Below are positions 25,356 to 37,196 of a stretch of DNA of 64,000 nt, one piece after another; the first letter of the stretch is position 1, and the number at the start of each line of letters is the position of its first letter. Below the pieces are notes generated by a model. That model saw only the letters and a list, made by a program, of their open reading frames with translations. It made no database searches and had not been told where the DNA came from. The stretch comes from Octopus vulgaris. Its lineage: Eukaryota. The stretch spans positions 51,584,001-51,648,000 of the forward strand of contig OX597829.1 in the NCBI GenBank assembly GCA_951406725.2, read 5' to 3'. A program made the position numbers and the translations under genes.

Positions 25356-27399
25356 CACCATCATCGTCGTTGTAGTCATTGTTTAACATCCACTTTCCAT
25401 GTTGGCATGGGCTGGATGGTTTGGCTTAGAACTGGTAAATCGGGAGGTCGTGCCAGGCGCTAATCTGATTTGGCAAGGTTTCTACAGTTGGATGCCCTTG
25501 CTAATGCCAATCACTGCAAGAGTGTGGTTGGTGCTTTTTACGTGCCACTGGCATGAGTGCTAGGCTGGTGGCACAGGCATTTATAGAAGAAATATGCTCT
25601 GTAGACACAAGATCCTGATATCAACAGCAAATTTCCAGAGAAGCAGTGATACTGACAGATTTCATTTCAGAACATAAGAGAGATATAAAAGTTCCTTCCA
25701 AGGAAGATCTAAAATCATTCTGGTCTAAGATTTGGAATGAGAGTAAGTATTTTAAATGGAGTGTGACATGGCTTGCACGATAAACTGAGAATACTGTCAG
25801 CGTTAATAGTTACACATTCAATCTTAAAATTCACCAATCCTGTGAGAAAGCTAAATTATGAGAAAATACCAGGAGGAAGCCTCATAGGCAGATATCGGTA
25901 CAAGTTGACTTTTAGTAGAAAGTTGTCATTGTTATCATCATCATCATCGTTTAATGTCCACCTTCCATGCTGATATTGTTTAGACAGATGTCACAAATAT
26001 GTTTAAGACACTATCCACTAATCTATAGCCAGTTTCTCCAATATGTAAGTGTCAATAGAAGTGATATTTAAAAGAGGAAATAAAATATTTTAGAGTAATG
26101 GTCAAATGGCCAGTGGCAAGGAAGTGGATCCAAGGTGCATAGAAGTGTTGTGGATGTAAAGGTATGTTTTACACTAGGTTCAGGACCAAAAGGAAAATCA
26201 AGGCTGGATGAAGAGTTACAGATCAGAAGGGTATGAAAAGTAGGGACTTGGCTGAAAGAAGGGAGTGGATATTCATAGAATATAGGAAAGGTGAGAGGAT
26301 CTAAGTGAAGTAGATGGGAAGTGTGCCAGATGGACTATTGAAAGGATAAGATATTAAGGGTGGAGAGCAGATGTTGGTGGGGTGGAGCAGGATGTGAGCA
26401 TGGAAATGTGACAAATGTTACAGGTGTGGAGGCAGGTATTATTGACAATAATCTGGGGGAAACAGTGATGCATGAACTGGAGGGCTGTCAGGTGTGTCTG
26501 GATCTTGAAGTAATGATCAAGGTTACAGAGGCAGCAAATGCATAGAAACTGTGAACATGGGATGAAAGATTTGTAGCAGTTGGGGGTGGGAAGAGGTGAA
26601 GTTGAGGTTAAGAGAGGGAGTCAGTTGACTTATAGGTGTAGAGTAGAGAGGGAGAGATTTGGATGGTTAACAGTGATGGTCATGTCAACGAAATTGAGAG
26701 AGGCTGGGTTGGTGGTAGAAGCAAAATCAATGATTAACTGAAAGGAATATGTGAAGTTGATGAAGGTGGTGAGTTGAGTATGAACAAGAGAGCTGGCCCT
26801 TGTGCAACCTTCGATAAATGTACCATACAGTTCAGCCTGACCATAAGCAACAAACGAGTTAGCATTACTAGTTTGCATAGTCGCCTCAGTGACCTACTGG
26901 TAAAATTTACAGTAGAGAGAGAAATAATTCAAAGGAGAAGCGTAGAGGTGTGTTTACGTCGCCATCACTTAGCGGTTCGGCTAAAGAGAGCAACAGAATA
27001 AGTACTGGGCTTACAAAGAATAAGTCCTGGGGGTCGATTTGTTCAACTAAAAGGCGGTGCTCCAGCATGGCTGCAGTCAAATGACTGAAACAAGTAAAAG
27101 AGTAAAGAGGTGCTGGGATCCAAGAAGTACTTAGGAGCAAGAGGACTATCATCCTGTAGGATGTCAGTATATAGGGATTTAATATCTAGAGCAGAGAGGT
27201 GGTAGGTGAGAAAGAAGAGGAATTGAACAGAAGAATGTAATTAGCATTATAAATGTGAGAAGTGCAGTAATCAATGGTTGGAGAATCCTTTTGAAGTTTC
27301 ATTCATTTTCAGCACTTCAGTTATGACTAGGAAAACTATAATGAACAGAGAGGGGTTGAAGACAGAGCCCTAATAAATCCCTCCCACTAAATTCATTAT

Positions 27400-27680
27400 A
27401 AGCTATCACCTTACTGCTTGCACCTCAATACATACCTTGTATAAGTCTCTCCAACCCATTCATCTAACTTTTAGATTTCTTTGTGACCAATAAATAACAG
27501 AGCAAGGATCCTTTCAAAGGCATTTTCCAGATCTACAAATGCTAGGTATAGTTTACTTCTAGTTAAGTACTTCTCTTGCGGTCGTCTCATGAGGAAGATG
27601 GCACTGGTGGTACCTCTTTCCTGGTACAAGACCAAACTGCATCTTATCTAGATTAATCTTGTTCCTAATCAGTTTTGCAA
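27400..27680 (-). mobile_element. RTE-clade reverse transcriptase fragment
   Basis: LDKMQFGLVPG/RGTTSAIFLMRRPQEKY...LYLAFVDLENAFER, frameshifted. Confidence 0.8.
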
Positions 27681-28030
27681 TAAATTCTAAGTATATCATC
27701 ATCATTTAATGCCTCTTCTCCATGCTAGCATAGGTTGGACAGTCTGACAGGAGCTGGTCATCTGGAGTGCTGCCCAGGCAACAATTGTCTGTTTTGGTAT
27801 GGTTTCAACAGACAGGATGCCCTTCCTAATGCTATTCTTGAAAAGTAGTATGGGATTTCTCACAGACCAATACATCTGTAAATTGCATGCATAGATGTGT
27901 AACGGAATGGTCTGACACTGCTATAAGACAATACATTCTTGAGCAAACAAATAACCATTCAATGCAAATGATTGCAACATAACATGAACAATACTTCTAT
28001 TCTTATTTTTTTACTATCAATATATATATA

Positions 28031-28066
28031 GTCTGATGAATGAGAATGTGAAACTCTGAGTAACAG
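28031..28066 (+). ncRNA. Degenerate hammerhead-like remnant
   Basis: GU-CUGAUGA-augagaaugu-GAAA-CUC-U-GAG-UA-AC. Core and stem III are present; stem II is decayed and stem I is only 2 bp. Confidence 0.35.
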
Positions 28067-28199
28067 ATTTTGTGATGTCTTTGCAGCTTTATTAATAAAA
28101 CATGTGACTCCACTTCTGGTATTTGAGTACTATTTATGAGCTCACTCTAATGTATATATGTATGTGTGCATGTGTGTGTGTGTGTGTGTATATATATAT

Positions 28200-28231
<32 letters not shown>

Positions 28232-30353
28232 GAAGGAAGATGATTATCAGAAATGCCTTGTTTATGTTCTGAGTTCAAATCTCATCAATGCTGATTTATC
28301 CCACTTCTAGGTTTGACAAAATTAATTCCAGACAAGTACCAGGATTAGTATATTCAACTGTCCTGAGAACACATCAAAGAAATCCCTAGGACTTGAACCT
28401 CAGATCACAGAAAGGTGAAACCTCTGGCAATTTATCTGAATAAGTGCATGCATGGATAAATAGTAATAATACGCATATGTACAAATGTATGGCACAAACA
28501 AAATTGCGTGTTAAAGGAGTTTTTGCTTTGCAGCCATATGAATTCAATTTTGGTCACACAGGATATCTTTCATCTGGGCAGATATCTTTCATGTGATCAA
28601 TGCCAGAACCGTCTGACTCGTGCCCGTGCCCGTGGCATGTAAAAAGTACCATCCAAAAGTAACCGATTCCAGTACCCACTGACTGGTTCCCATGTTGGTG
28701 GCATATGAAAAGCACTATCCAAATGTGGTCAATGCCAGGCCCACTTGACTAGCCGTCATGCCAGTGGCACGTAAAAGGCACCCACTACACTCTGAGTGGT
28801 TGGTGATAGGAAGGGCATCCAGCTATAGCAACACTGCCAGATCAGATTGGGGCCTGGTGCAGCGGTTGGCTCTCCAGACCTCAGTCAAACCGTCCGACCC
28901 ATGCCAGTATGGAAAAACAGACGTTAAATGATGATGATGATCACCATGATGGTGGTGGTGGTGGTGGTCAGATATCTTTCACTAGAGCAGATCAACCAAA
29001 AGCCATATCAGTGGATCTAGAAGGCAGAAACAGAAAGAAGTCTATTGTATGCACGCATTCATGAATGAATACGTACGTACTAGGCACGTGCCATCAGTAA
29101 TTACTCAGGGTAGGCAGTTGTGACCTTTATGTAATAAAACACACAAAAAAACAAGTGAAACAATCACAGGTGCACGACTGAGTAGAAGGTAGAGTTACTT
29201 CTGCCTTTATAGGTATTGTAGGAATGTACGCAGCACGTATACTACAGCAGTCCTATGCATATCTTAAATACTGAGATTGAAAGACAGGGGCGAATTATGC
29301 TTATCTAATCTGCAAAACAACATAAAATATTTTGCATTTTATACATAGGAATCAGAGTAACCTTCATAATTCTATTGAATTAGGTGCATATTTTGCCATA
29401 AAAGGAAAATGTCACTATTGCTCTATTTTATTCAGGTTAGGCACTGCCTACCTTGGCTAACTAGGCAGCACGTCCCTGATGCATACATACATGTATAGTA
29501 CTAACATAATTGTTTGTTTTAGGAGTTTTTGCTTCATAACCGCACAGATTCAATTCCAATCTTACTGAATGATACTTAGGGCAAGTACCTTTTACTAAAG
29601 ATCCCGGCCAACCAATGCCATGTGAGTGGATTTGATAGACAGAAACAAAAAGAGTGTATAATGTGTGTGTATATGTATGCATATCTGTGTGTGTGTGTGT
29701 ATGCATATCTGTGTGTGTGTGTTCATGTCTCTTTGTTTCGGCACAGCGTGTTAATTGCAAACAAAGATCAGCGTCACAAAAGTGTTGTTGTTCATTTGAG
29801 ATCATCCGTGAAAATATGCACAGTCATTGTACTCTTCATGTTCGAATGACAAGGAGAAAATATTACTTTACCAGGAAATAGGGCAAGGCTGGCAACACAA
29901 AAAAAAAAAAAAAGCATCTGGCCTCAGAAAACCTGCCACCATTAATTTTATCTGACCCAAACAAGTATTAAAATGATGGTGACGATAATTTTTTTTAAAT
30001 TGAATGTTTCTTTCCAGTAATGCAGGGAGAGTTATTGTCACAGAAATTATTTATTTATCTACCTATTCCTACATACATAATAGAATACAAACACACACAC
30101 ACACACATACATAATAGAATACAAATGAGAGTGGCAGGAGCAGTTAAGCCAACAATTTATCATGCTCTCTCTCCCCTCTCTCTCAATCGACCTGTTTATT
30201 ACTTTCTCGTGTATTCTTGCGTCATTACTATCTGGACACACATTATATATATATATACATATATACATCTAATATAGGATAAAAATTTTTTCCAAAAAAT
30301 TTTATCAATGGCCAGCATATTAAAAAAATACCTTTAAAGGTTAAACTTTATAA

Positions 30354-30449
30354 ACAACTTATAAACAAGGGCAAAAGAAAATTTCTAATGCCAAATATGC
30401 CGAATATTTGGCATTAGAAATTTTTTCTTTTGCCCTTGTTTATAAGTTG

Positions 30450-30450
<1 letters not shown>
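30354..30450. repeat. Near-perfect inverted repeat (45/47-nt arms, 5-nt loop)
   Basis: The arms are exact reverse complements apart from a 2-nt T bulge. Confidence 0.95.
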
Positions 30451-30510
<60 letters not shown>

Positions 30511-31221
30511 CCCTCTATCCCCTCTCTCTATTAACACACACACACACACACACATATATATAAATACCATTTACTGTTTACTTGTTTCAGTCATTTGCCA
30601 GTGACCATGCTGGGGCATCACCTTGTTGTGTAGTCAAACAAATCGGCTCCCAAGACTTATTTTTTAAGCCCAGTACTTGTCCTATTGGTCACTTTTGCTG
30701 AACTGCTAAGTTACAGGGGTTTAAACACACCAACACTGAATGTCAAGCAGTGGTAGGGGACAAACATAGACATAAAGATACACACAGATATATAAATATT
30801 TAAATATAAATATATATAAACATATATATATAAATATAAATAAACATAAATACATGAATATATATATATATATATATATATAAAACACAAACACACATAC
30901 ATGTTGAAAAAAATCTATTCACAAGGCTTTGGTTGACCCAAGGTGCCATGCAGTGGAACTGAACCTGGGACCATGAGGTTGGTAAGCAAGCTTCTTACTA
31001 TACAGCCATGCTTGTGCCTATATCACTATCATCATTAAATGTCCACTTTCCATGCTAGTATGGGTTGGACGGTTTGACTGAAACCTGGTGAGCTGCACCA
31101 GGTTCCAGTCTGATTGGGCATGGTTTCTTTGGTTGGTTCCTTATGCCAACTACTCCAAGAGTGTAGCAGGAGAGGGCTAGCTTAGCTATTTCTCTGTAGA
31201 GTGAGGAAAATGATGGAACAG

Positions 31222-31262
31222 CCTCAATCGATTTTCAAACCTTATGTGTTTCTCATCAGAGG
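31222..31262 (-). ncRNA. Degenerate hammerhead-like motif
   Basis: CCU-CUGAUGA-G-AAAC-acauaag-GUUU-GAAA-AUCGAU-U-G-AGG. Stem III is the palindrome AAUCGAUU; the cleavage position is G, which is non-permissive. Confidence 0.5.
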
Positions 31263-32021
31263 AGACTACATCAATTTGACCAATCCCAGAGAAACAAACA
31301 GCTAACCTGTTTACAGACTCAACAATTAGACAGTAGCCACAGAAAACTGGTGCCCCTAATTTGCATACCAAATGTATTAAATCATCACAGGCACAAAACA
31401 CTTTGTTTAGATCCGGTGTTTAGTTACATTGCTTAATATATGTCAATCAACCGTTTTCTCTCCCTCTCTATTTACCAATCCGTCACGTGCTCCTTCAGTC
31501 TCAGTCACATACTCACACACACACATTCCTCGTCTTTCCCGCCATACTCCCCTATATATTAATCAACTTATCTATCTATCTGTGTGTGCGTTTGTGTGTG
31601 TACACTCACACACAAGCATATGTATGCATGTGTATGACCAAGTCCACACCAGGCCACATACAAACCACCAGATCAAGTCTTTCTCCCTCTAAACATCAGC
31701 AACCTGGAAGCTCCTACCTGTTCATGTTTTCTTGCAAGTGTCAACATGCAGTAAGTGAAAGTGGAACATTGCCAAGAGCAGTCCGACTGCCTTTGGATGC
31801 TCTAGATGCAACATTTATATATACACACACACCACATTCATGTGTATATAACATATAAATGCATTATCATTATCAGCATCATCATTTAATGTCCGTTTTC
31901 TGCGGGTTAGGTGGTGTGTATGTATATATATATATATATACACACACACATTAATATATATATATATATATATATCTTTGTTATAAGATCATAAATCAGA
32001 AAAGAGCATACCCTAAAATAA

Positions 32022-32054
<33 letters not shown>

Positions 32055-32070
32055 CATACATACATATATA

Positions 32071-32406
32071 GTGAAGGCGCAGGTTCAGTGGTTAGGACAT
32101 AGAGCTTACAATCATGAGGTTGCAAGTTTGATTCCCAGACCAGGCTGTGTGTTGTGTTCTTGAGCAAGACACTGTATTTCACGTTGGTCCAGTTCACTCA
32201 ACTGTAGAAACGAGTTGCAACATCACTGGTGCTAAGCTGTATCAGCCATTGCCTTTCCCTTGGATAACATCGGTGGTGTGGAGAGGGAAGGCTAGTATGC
32301 ATGGGTGACTGTTGGTCATCCATAAACAATCATGCCCGGACTTGTTCCTTGGAAGGGAACTTTCCAGGTGCAATCCCATGTTCATTCATGACCAAAGTGG
32401 GCCTTT
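32071..32406 (+). mobile_element. tRNA-type SINE, family E, near full length
   Basis: gtgaaggcgcaggttcagtggttagg...gtttgattcccagacc (A/B-box-like) followed by the body shared with 20600-20939 and 13460-13765. Confidence 0.8.
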
Positions 32407-33869
32407 ACTACTCTTTTATATACTGTTGCCACAATTATTATTTATCAGAGCTTAATTGTAATTTTTCATTAAATCCAAAAGGATGAAAAGTCAGGATTTG
32501 AACTGAGAATTTACATAGAATATATAGCATGAAACCAAGAAAACAGATGAAAAATAAAAAAAAAGGAAACAATAAACATATTCACCACTATTATTGACAG
32601 AATGGGTACACTAGTATGTATCACAGAATTGGCCAGGCTATCATATGTTGTTATACAACGCTGATCACAATGCGCTTTGCATCATTTTAGCTTTTGAATG
32701 ACACCACCCCACTGATTAGGCATGTAAACCAACATTCCTCCTGATTGAAAAGCCATTCTATCACAGGTGTACCCTTTTATACCCCTTTACAGCTAAGTTG
32801 ACAAGAACAACATGCCACCCAGCCCAGAAAATGAACCCACTAGGCCACATACCTATCACACACACACACATTCAAGAGGGTGACAAGTTCTAAAGAAACT
32901 ATGCCGCACTACTTAGCATAAAGTACTCAAGAGTAAGTCCAAGAGTGAATAAAATATTTAATCCTAAATCATTTGTCTGAAAAAATATATTCTGTCAGAA
33001 TAATGATTATGGCTTGTGTGTGTGTGCGTGTGTCACACTAATCTTTCATCATCCGGAACAGGATCACCTTCTCCAATTCCCCCTCCCCTCTCAAAAGATC
33101 TTTTTCTTGCAAGTTACTTGGTGACCTTGTCAGTTCTGATGCCATATAAAAAGCATCCAGTCCACTCTGCAGGGTGGTTGGTGTTAAGAAGGGTATCCAG
33201 CCATAAAGACCATGCCTGTGCTAGTGCAATGTAAAAAGCACTCAGTCCACTCTATGGGGTGGCTGGTATTAGGAAGGGCAACAAGCTGTAAAAACCCTGC
33301 CAAAACAGACAAAGCATGGTGCAGTCTTCTGCCTAGCTAGCTCTCGTCAAACTGTCCAACCCATGCCAGCATGGAAAGCAGATGTGAAATGACGATGATG
33401 TAAACAAGAGATATGAAAACATCATTTGGTGAAATAGACTGATATTTTCCAAAACTCAAACACAAACATGAATTGTTCTTACAGAAAATTTTGAACATCC
33501 ATCTTCATATAACAAAATGAGTCACTGATCTGAGGCATGGTTTGAATGGTTAAGAAATTCATTTCACAATCTGATTAATATTCCAGGTTTGATTCTTTTA
33601 GCACCATCTGAGTGACAGAGCTGTGTAGGAAAAAACTGTTTTCTGTACATGTGTGTCTGTGTCTGTTTTTTAATAATGTAGATCTGTGATGGATATAAAC
33701 ATCAGTGAGAAAAACGAAAAACTAGTATTTTCCAAACAAAATTCATTGAGATATATTTGTTCTGCATTAAGGTACAGACACTTCCTTGTCATATTCAGCA
33801 TCAGAAATACAAGGAGTTGAATGCTTATTGTCCAGCAATCTCCATATACAACTTATATTCTCTTTACAC

Positions 33870-34068
33870 TTTTACTTGTTTCAGTCATTTGATTGCGGCC
33901 ATGCTGGAGCACCGCCTTTAGTCGAGCAACTCGACCTCGGGACTTATTCTTTTTTTGTAAGCCCAGTACTTATTCTATCGGTCTCTTTTTGCCGAACCGC
34001 TAAGTGACGGGGACGTAAACACCAGCATCGGTTGTCAAGCAATGCTAGGGAAACAAACACAGACACAC
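33870..34068 (-). mobile_element. SINE family C, 3' half; also near 4305-4465, 26945-27108, 30570-30780
   Basis: Recurrent cttagcggttcggcaaaa...ggcggtgctccagcatggccgca...tgactgaaacaagtaaaag. Confidence 0.8.
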
Positions 34069-36211
34069 AATATATATATATATTTATTATTATTTTACTT
34101 AAGAAGAGCAATACTAACAACCAACTGCTAGAACTCGATATACATAAGAATCAAGTATCAGTTGAGTATAGACCAGCAATAAATTAAAATGACAAGTGAA
34201 TAGGAAATTATGCTGTGAACTTCATTAGCCTTATGGCTGTTTCTGCAATAACATGCAATACACTCATATCTGAATGCTTTTCTATTGCTCTATAACTTCA
34301 AACATAGAATGCAACATACTCACTTATTCTTGTGGGACTAGTTTTTTAATAGCCATACAACTTGATTAGAATCTACACAGAATAATTGAAATTCTTATCT
34401 AAGTACTGAAATTTTAACCCAAATACCAATCTCCACCTAGCATCATTCAAAATTCGGTCCACTTATCTCAATTATTTTTCTATTGCTACTACTACAACCT
34501 CTTGCCCCTCTGACCTTACTACCTTACATTTATGTTAGACTCTACTGTGTCACAAGGTTCAATTATGTTTCCACTCATGCTTCTGTTTATTAATGACCTA
34601 CTAGCTGACACTATTAAATACATGCACTCTTAAGTAGATACAACCAACTTTCACTCCTTAACCTTCTGCATACAAGCATCACACACACACACACACACAC
34701 ACTCCACATGACCCAAAAAACTTATGTCAGACTGGCGCTGATTCCAAGAAACATTCTTGCAGTACTGTTGCTTATTTACTGGTCAACAACACACAGATTA
34801 AAAATCCTCAAATTTAAAATACTGCATACAGAACATGGACCCCAAAACAAAAAAATTTTTTTTTCAAAGCTCTGTATTACAAGTGAAGATCTTTCCCTTC
34901 GGTAGGGCTAGAAATGCACCTTTTGTCATTCATCCCTGATAACACAATATGCTTAACTGTGAGCAAACTGTTACACTTGTCACAGATTGATTCGTAATAA
35001 GAACATGGTCAACAATCAGTCAAAGTTTCTGCTTGAACTGCAAAAGTGCACCCAGGCAGCCTTCGATGATCGCAAGACAAATTGGGGTCTCAGAATGAAA
35101 CCTATTTTTTGTATATGTTCTATAATGCATTTATCACTGGTTCACTTAAAATGGTATTTTTTTAACAAAACACCAGTAATAAATGAAGATAAGTGTACTT
35201 TAGCCCAGATTAGTTGCTGGCCCTCAAAACAAAATGCAAAAGTGAAACTCGTATTAGAATGCTACTTTCTTGCCAGATCAGACTGGAGCGCAGCCTGCTG
35301 GCTTGCCAGTCTCCAGTCAAAGCATCCAACCCATGCCAGCATGGAAAGCGGAAGTTAAACAACAACGATGATGATGATGAATTTCATATCTGGCTTAATG
35401 AAACTAGTAACACACACAGACACATACATCCACTAGAAGGCTTTGTTAACAAAGACTCAGTGATTAGCAAGCTACTGTGATCCCACCTATGTCCCTTTTC
35501 ATTTTTCTAACCCTCCTACCACTACTACATGGCTTCTGTGTCAATGTACTGGCTAGCCATTTGTGCACTGATCAACCCTATTTTGACTCACACCCAAACT
35601 GCATTTTATACTTTTTCCGATTCTTCCTATCTGGAGCTGCTGAACAGCACTAACCACAACAGACTAGGAAGAGCCACAAAGGTCATGGGACTGTTCCTTA
35701 CTTATATTAAGCCTTTTAAAAAAATACAATTTACACCCCCTCCCATTCTGGATGAGCATCTGGCACGAAAATATTGCAAAGATTAATAATATACAAATCA
35801 ATAATTAATAAATAATAATAACAACAATAATAATACATATATCACACATCAATTGTTTCAACCTCACTTTGTCAATAAAAATCACAAATTTGGGAGCAGC
35901 TAAAAAGTCCATGGGTCTTTTGCTCCCAAACCAGATAAAACAAATAAAGAAAAGCCTATTTTAAAGTCAATCATCCCTGAATAATTTCTGTAATAATGTA
36001 CCTAATCAAGATGAGGAACTGTAAAAAAAATTCTAATGTTTGACAGGTAAACAGTTCTTAACCATTTATCATATTTCAAGAAAATTATGCATTAGGGAAA
36101 TTATTCCAGTGTAAATGCAAATTCAGACAAACATTGAAATTTACAGAATTATATATAAGTGGTCTTTGCAATAAATAAGACTTTGATTAAAATCAGGTGA
36201 AATATACTTAC

Positions 36212-36371
36212 GCCGCCAGAGTCTCTACACCTTGCTCTTTGTAATGCACGCGGGCTCGAACTTGTTCCAGTTCTTGCTTAAGCCTTGCAACTCTCTGTTT
36301 TGCATGAGAAACATCAGCTTTCAGCAAATCTGGGTCGTATTTGGTGCTTCCTACGCTCGAGTTGGAATTCA
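36212..36371 (-). CDS. kibra: KIBRA coding exon 5
   Basis: Acceptor tttcag; (L)NSNSSVGSTKYDPDLLKADVSHAKQRVARLKQELEQVRARVHYKEQGVETLA plus GC; donor GTAAGT; 160 nt. Confidence 0.95.
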
Positions 36372-36521
36372 CTGAAATATAAACAATTAGGTTAAACAAT
36401 TTAAAATCCTATAATGCATAACTTTCGGAATCAAAATGATGAATAAGATAAACAATCTATTTAGTTTCTGTATTTGGTTTACAAGATTCTTATGTGAATT
36501 TGTGTATTGAAACAAATTTTG

Positions 36522-36861
36522 TTGTGTCTTGGGAGGGTCGTTATGTCAATAATAACAACACATGTGCAGGTTCAGTTCCACTTCTTTATTATTGGTTAAA
36601 TATCTAACCAACTAACTAATGGATCATTTGCTTATCATGTTGGTTAAACAAGCAATTGAAAGCTGACCTTGGAGTGAGTAGGGATGTCACGGGCTACTGA
36701 AAAGGTTGCAAATAGTAACAAAAGAATTTTGACAGACAAAAACCAACTGACAGATTGTTTAACCAACGTGTTAAACAAACAATTAGTTAATAATAAAGAA
36801 GTGGAATTGAACCTGTGTTTAGTGCTATTAATATTGGTGTAATGACTCTACCAAGACACAA
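36522..36861. mobile_element. Foldback MITE with long imperfect inverted arms
   Basis: ttgtgtcttgg/ccaagacacaa ends; inner arms caggttcagttccacttctttattatt / aataataaagaagtggaattgaacctg. Confidence 0.8.
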
Positions 36862-37087
36862 ATTATCTACATTTGGCATAATGTAAGTATGTTCTTTAAA
36901 AAAAAAAAAATACACAGCAAAAATTGTCAAGGATTTTCAAAATAATTACTTCATTCATTAAGCATTTTGACTTAATTTTCTATATTATATATATATAAAA
37001 AAAACACAATTTTAAAAAACAAACTGGCAGTGCCCCAGCATGGCCACAGCTTGTGAGCTGAAACTAGAATCAATCAATCAAACTTAC

Positions 37088-37196
37088 AACTGGTATGTGA
37101 AGATTTCCATCCACCCAAAGCTTCATTGTAATGTTTGTAGTCTTCTTGAGCAAGTTGCAACCGTTGTTCTTTCACGGAGAAAATTTCTCTGGTTGC
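37088..37196 (-). CDS. kibra: KIBRA coding exon 4 (coiled coil)
   Basis: Acceptor ttttctag; ATREIFSVKEQRLQLAQEDYKHYNEALGGWKSSHTS plus T; donor GTAAGT; 109 nt. Confidence 0.94.

Noticed and set aside
31430-31810. RLKEH string suggesting a GIY-YIG remnant near the third hammerhead-like motif
   Set aside because: Only five residues, with no supporting motifs in frame.
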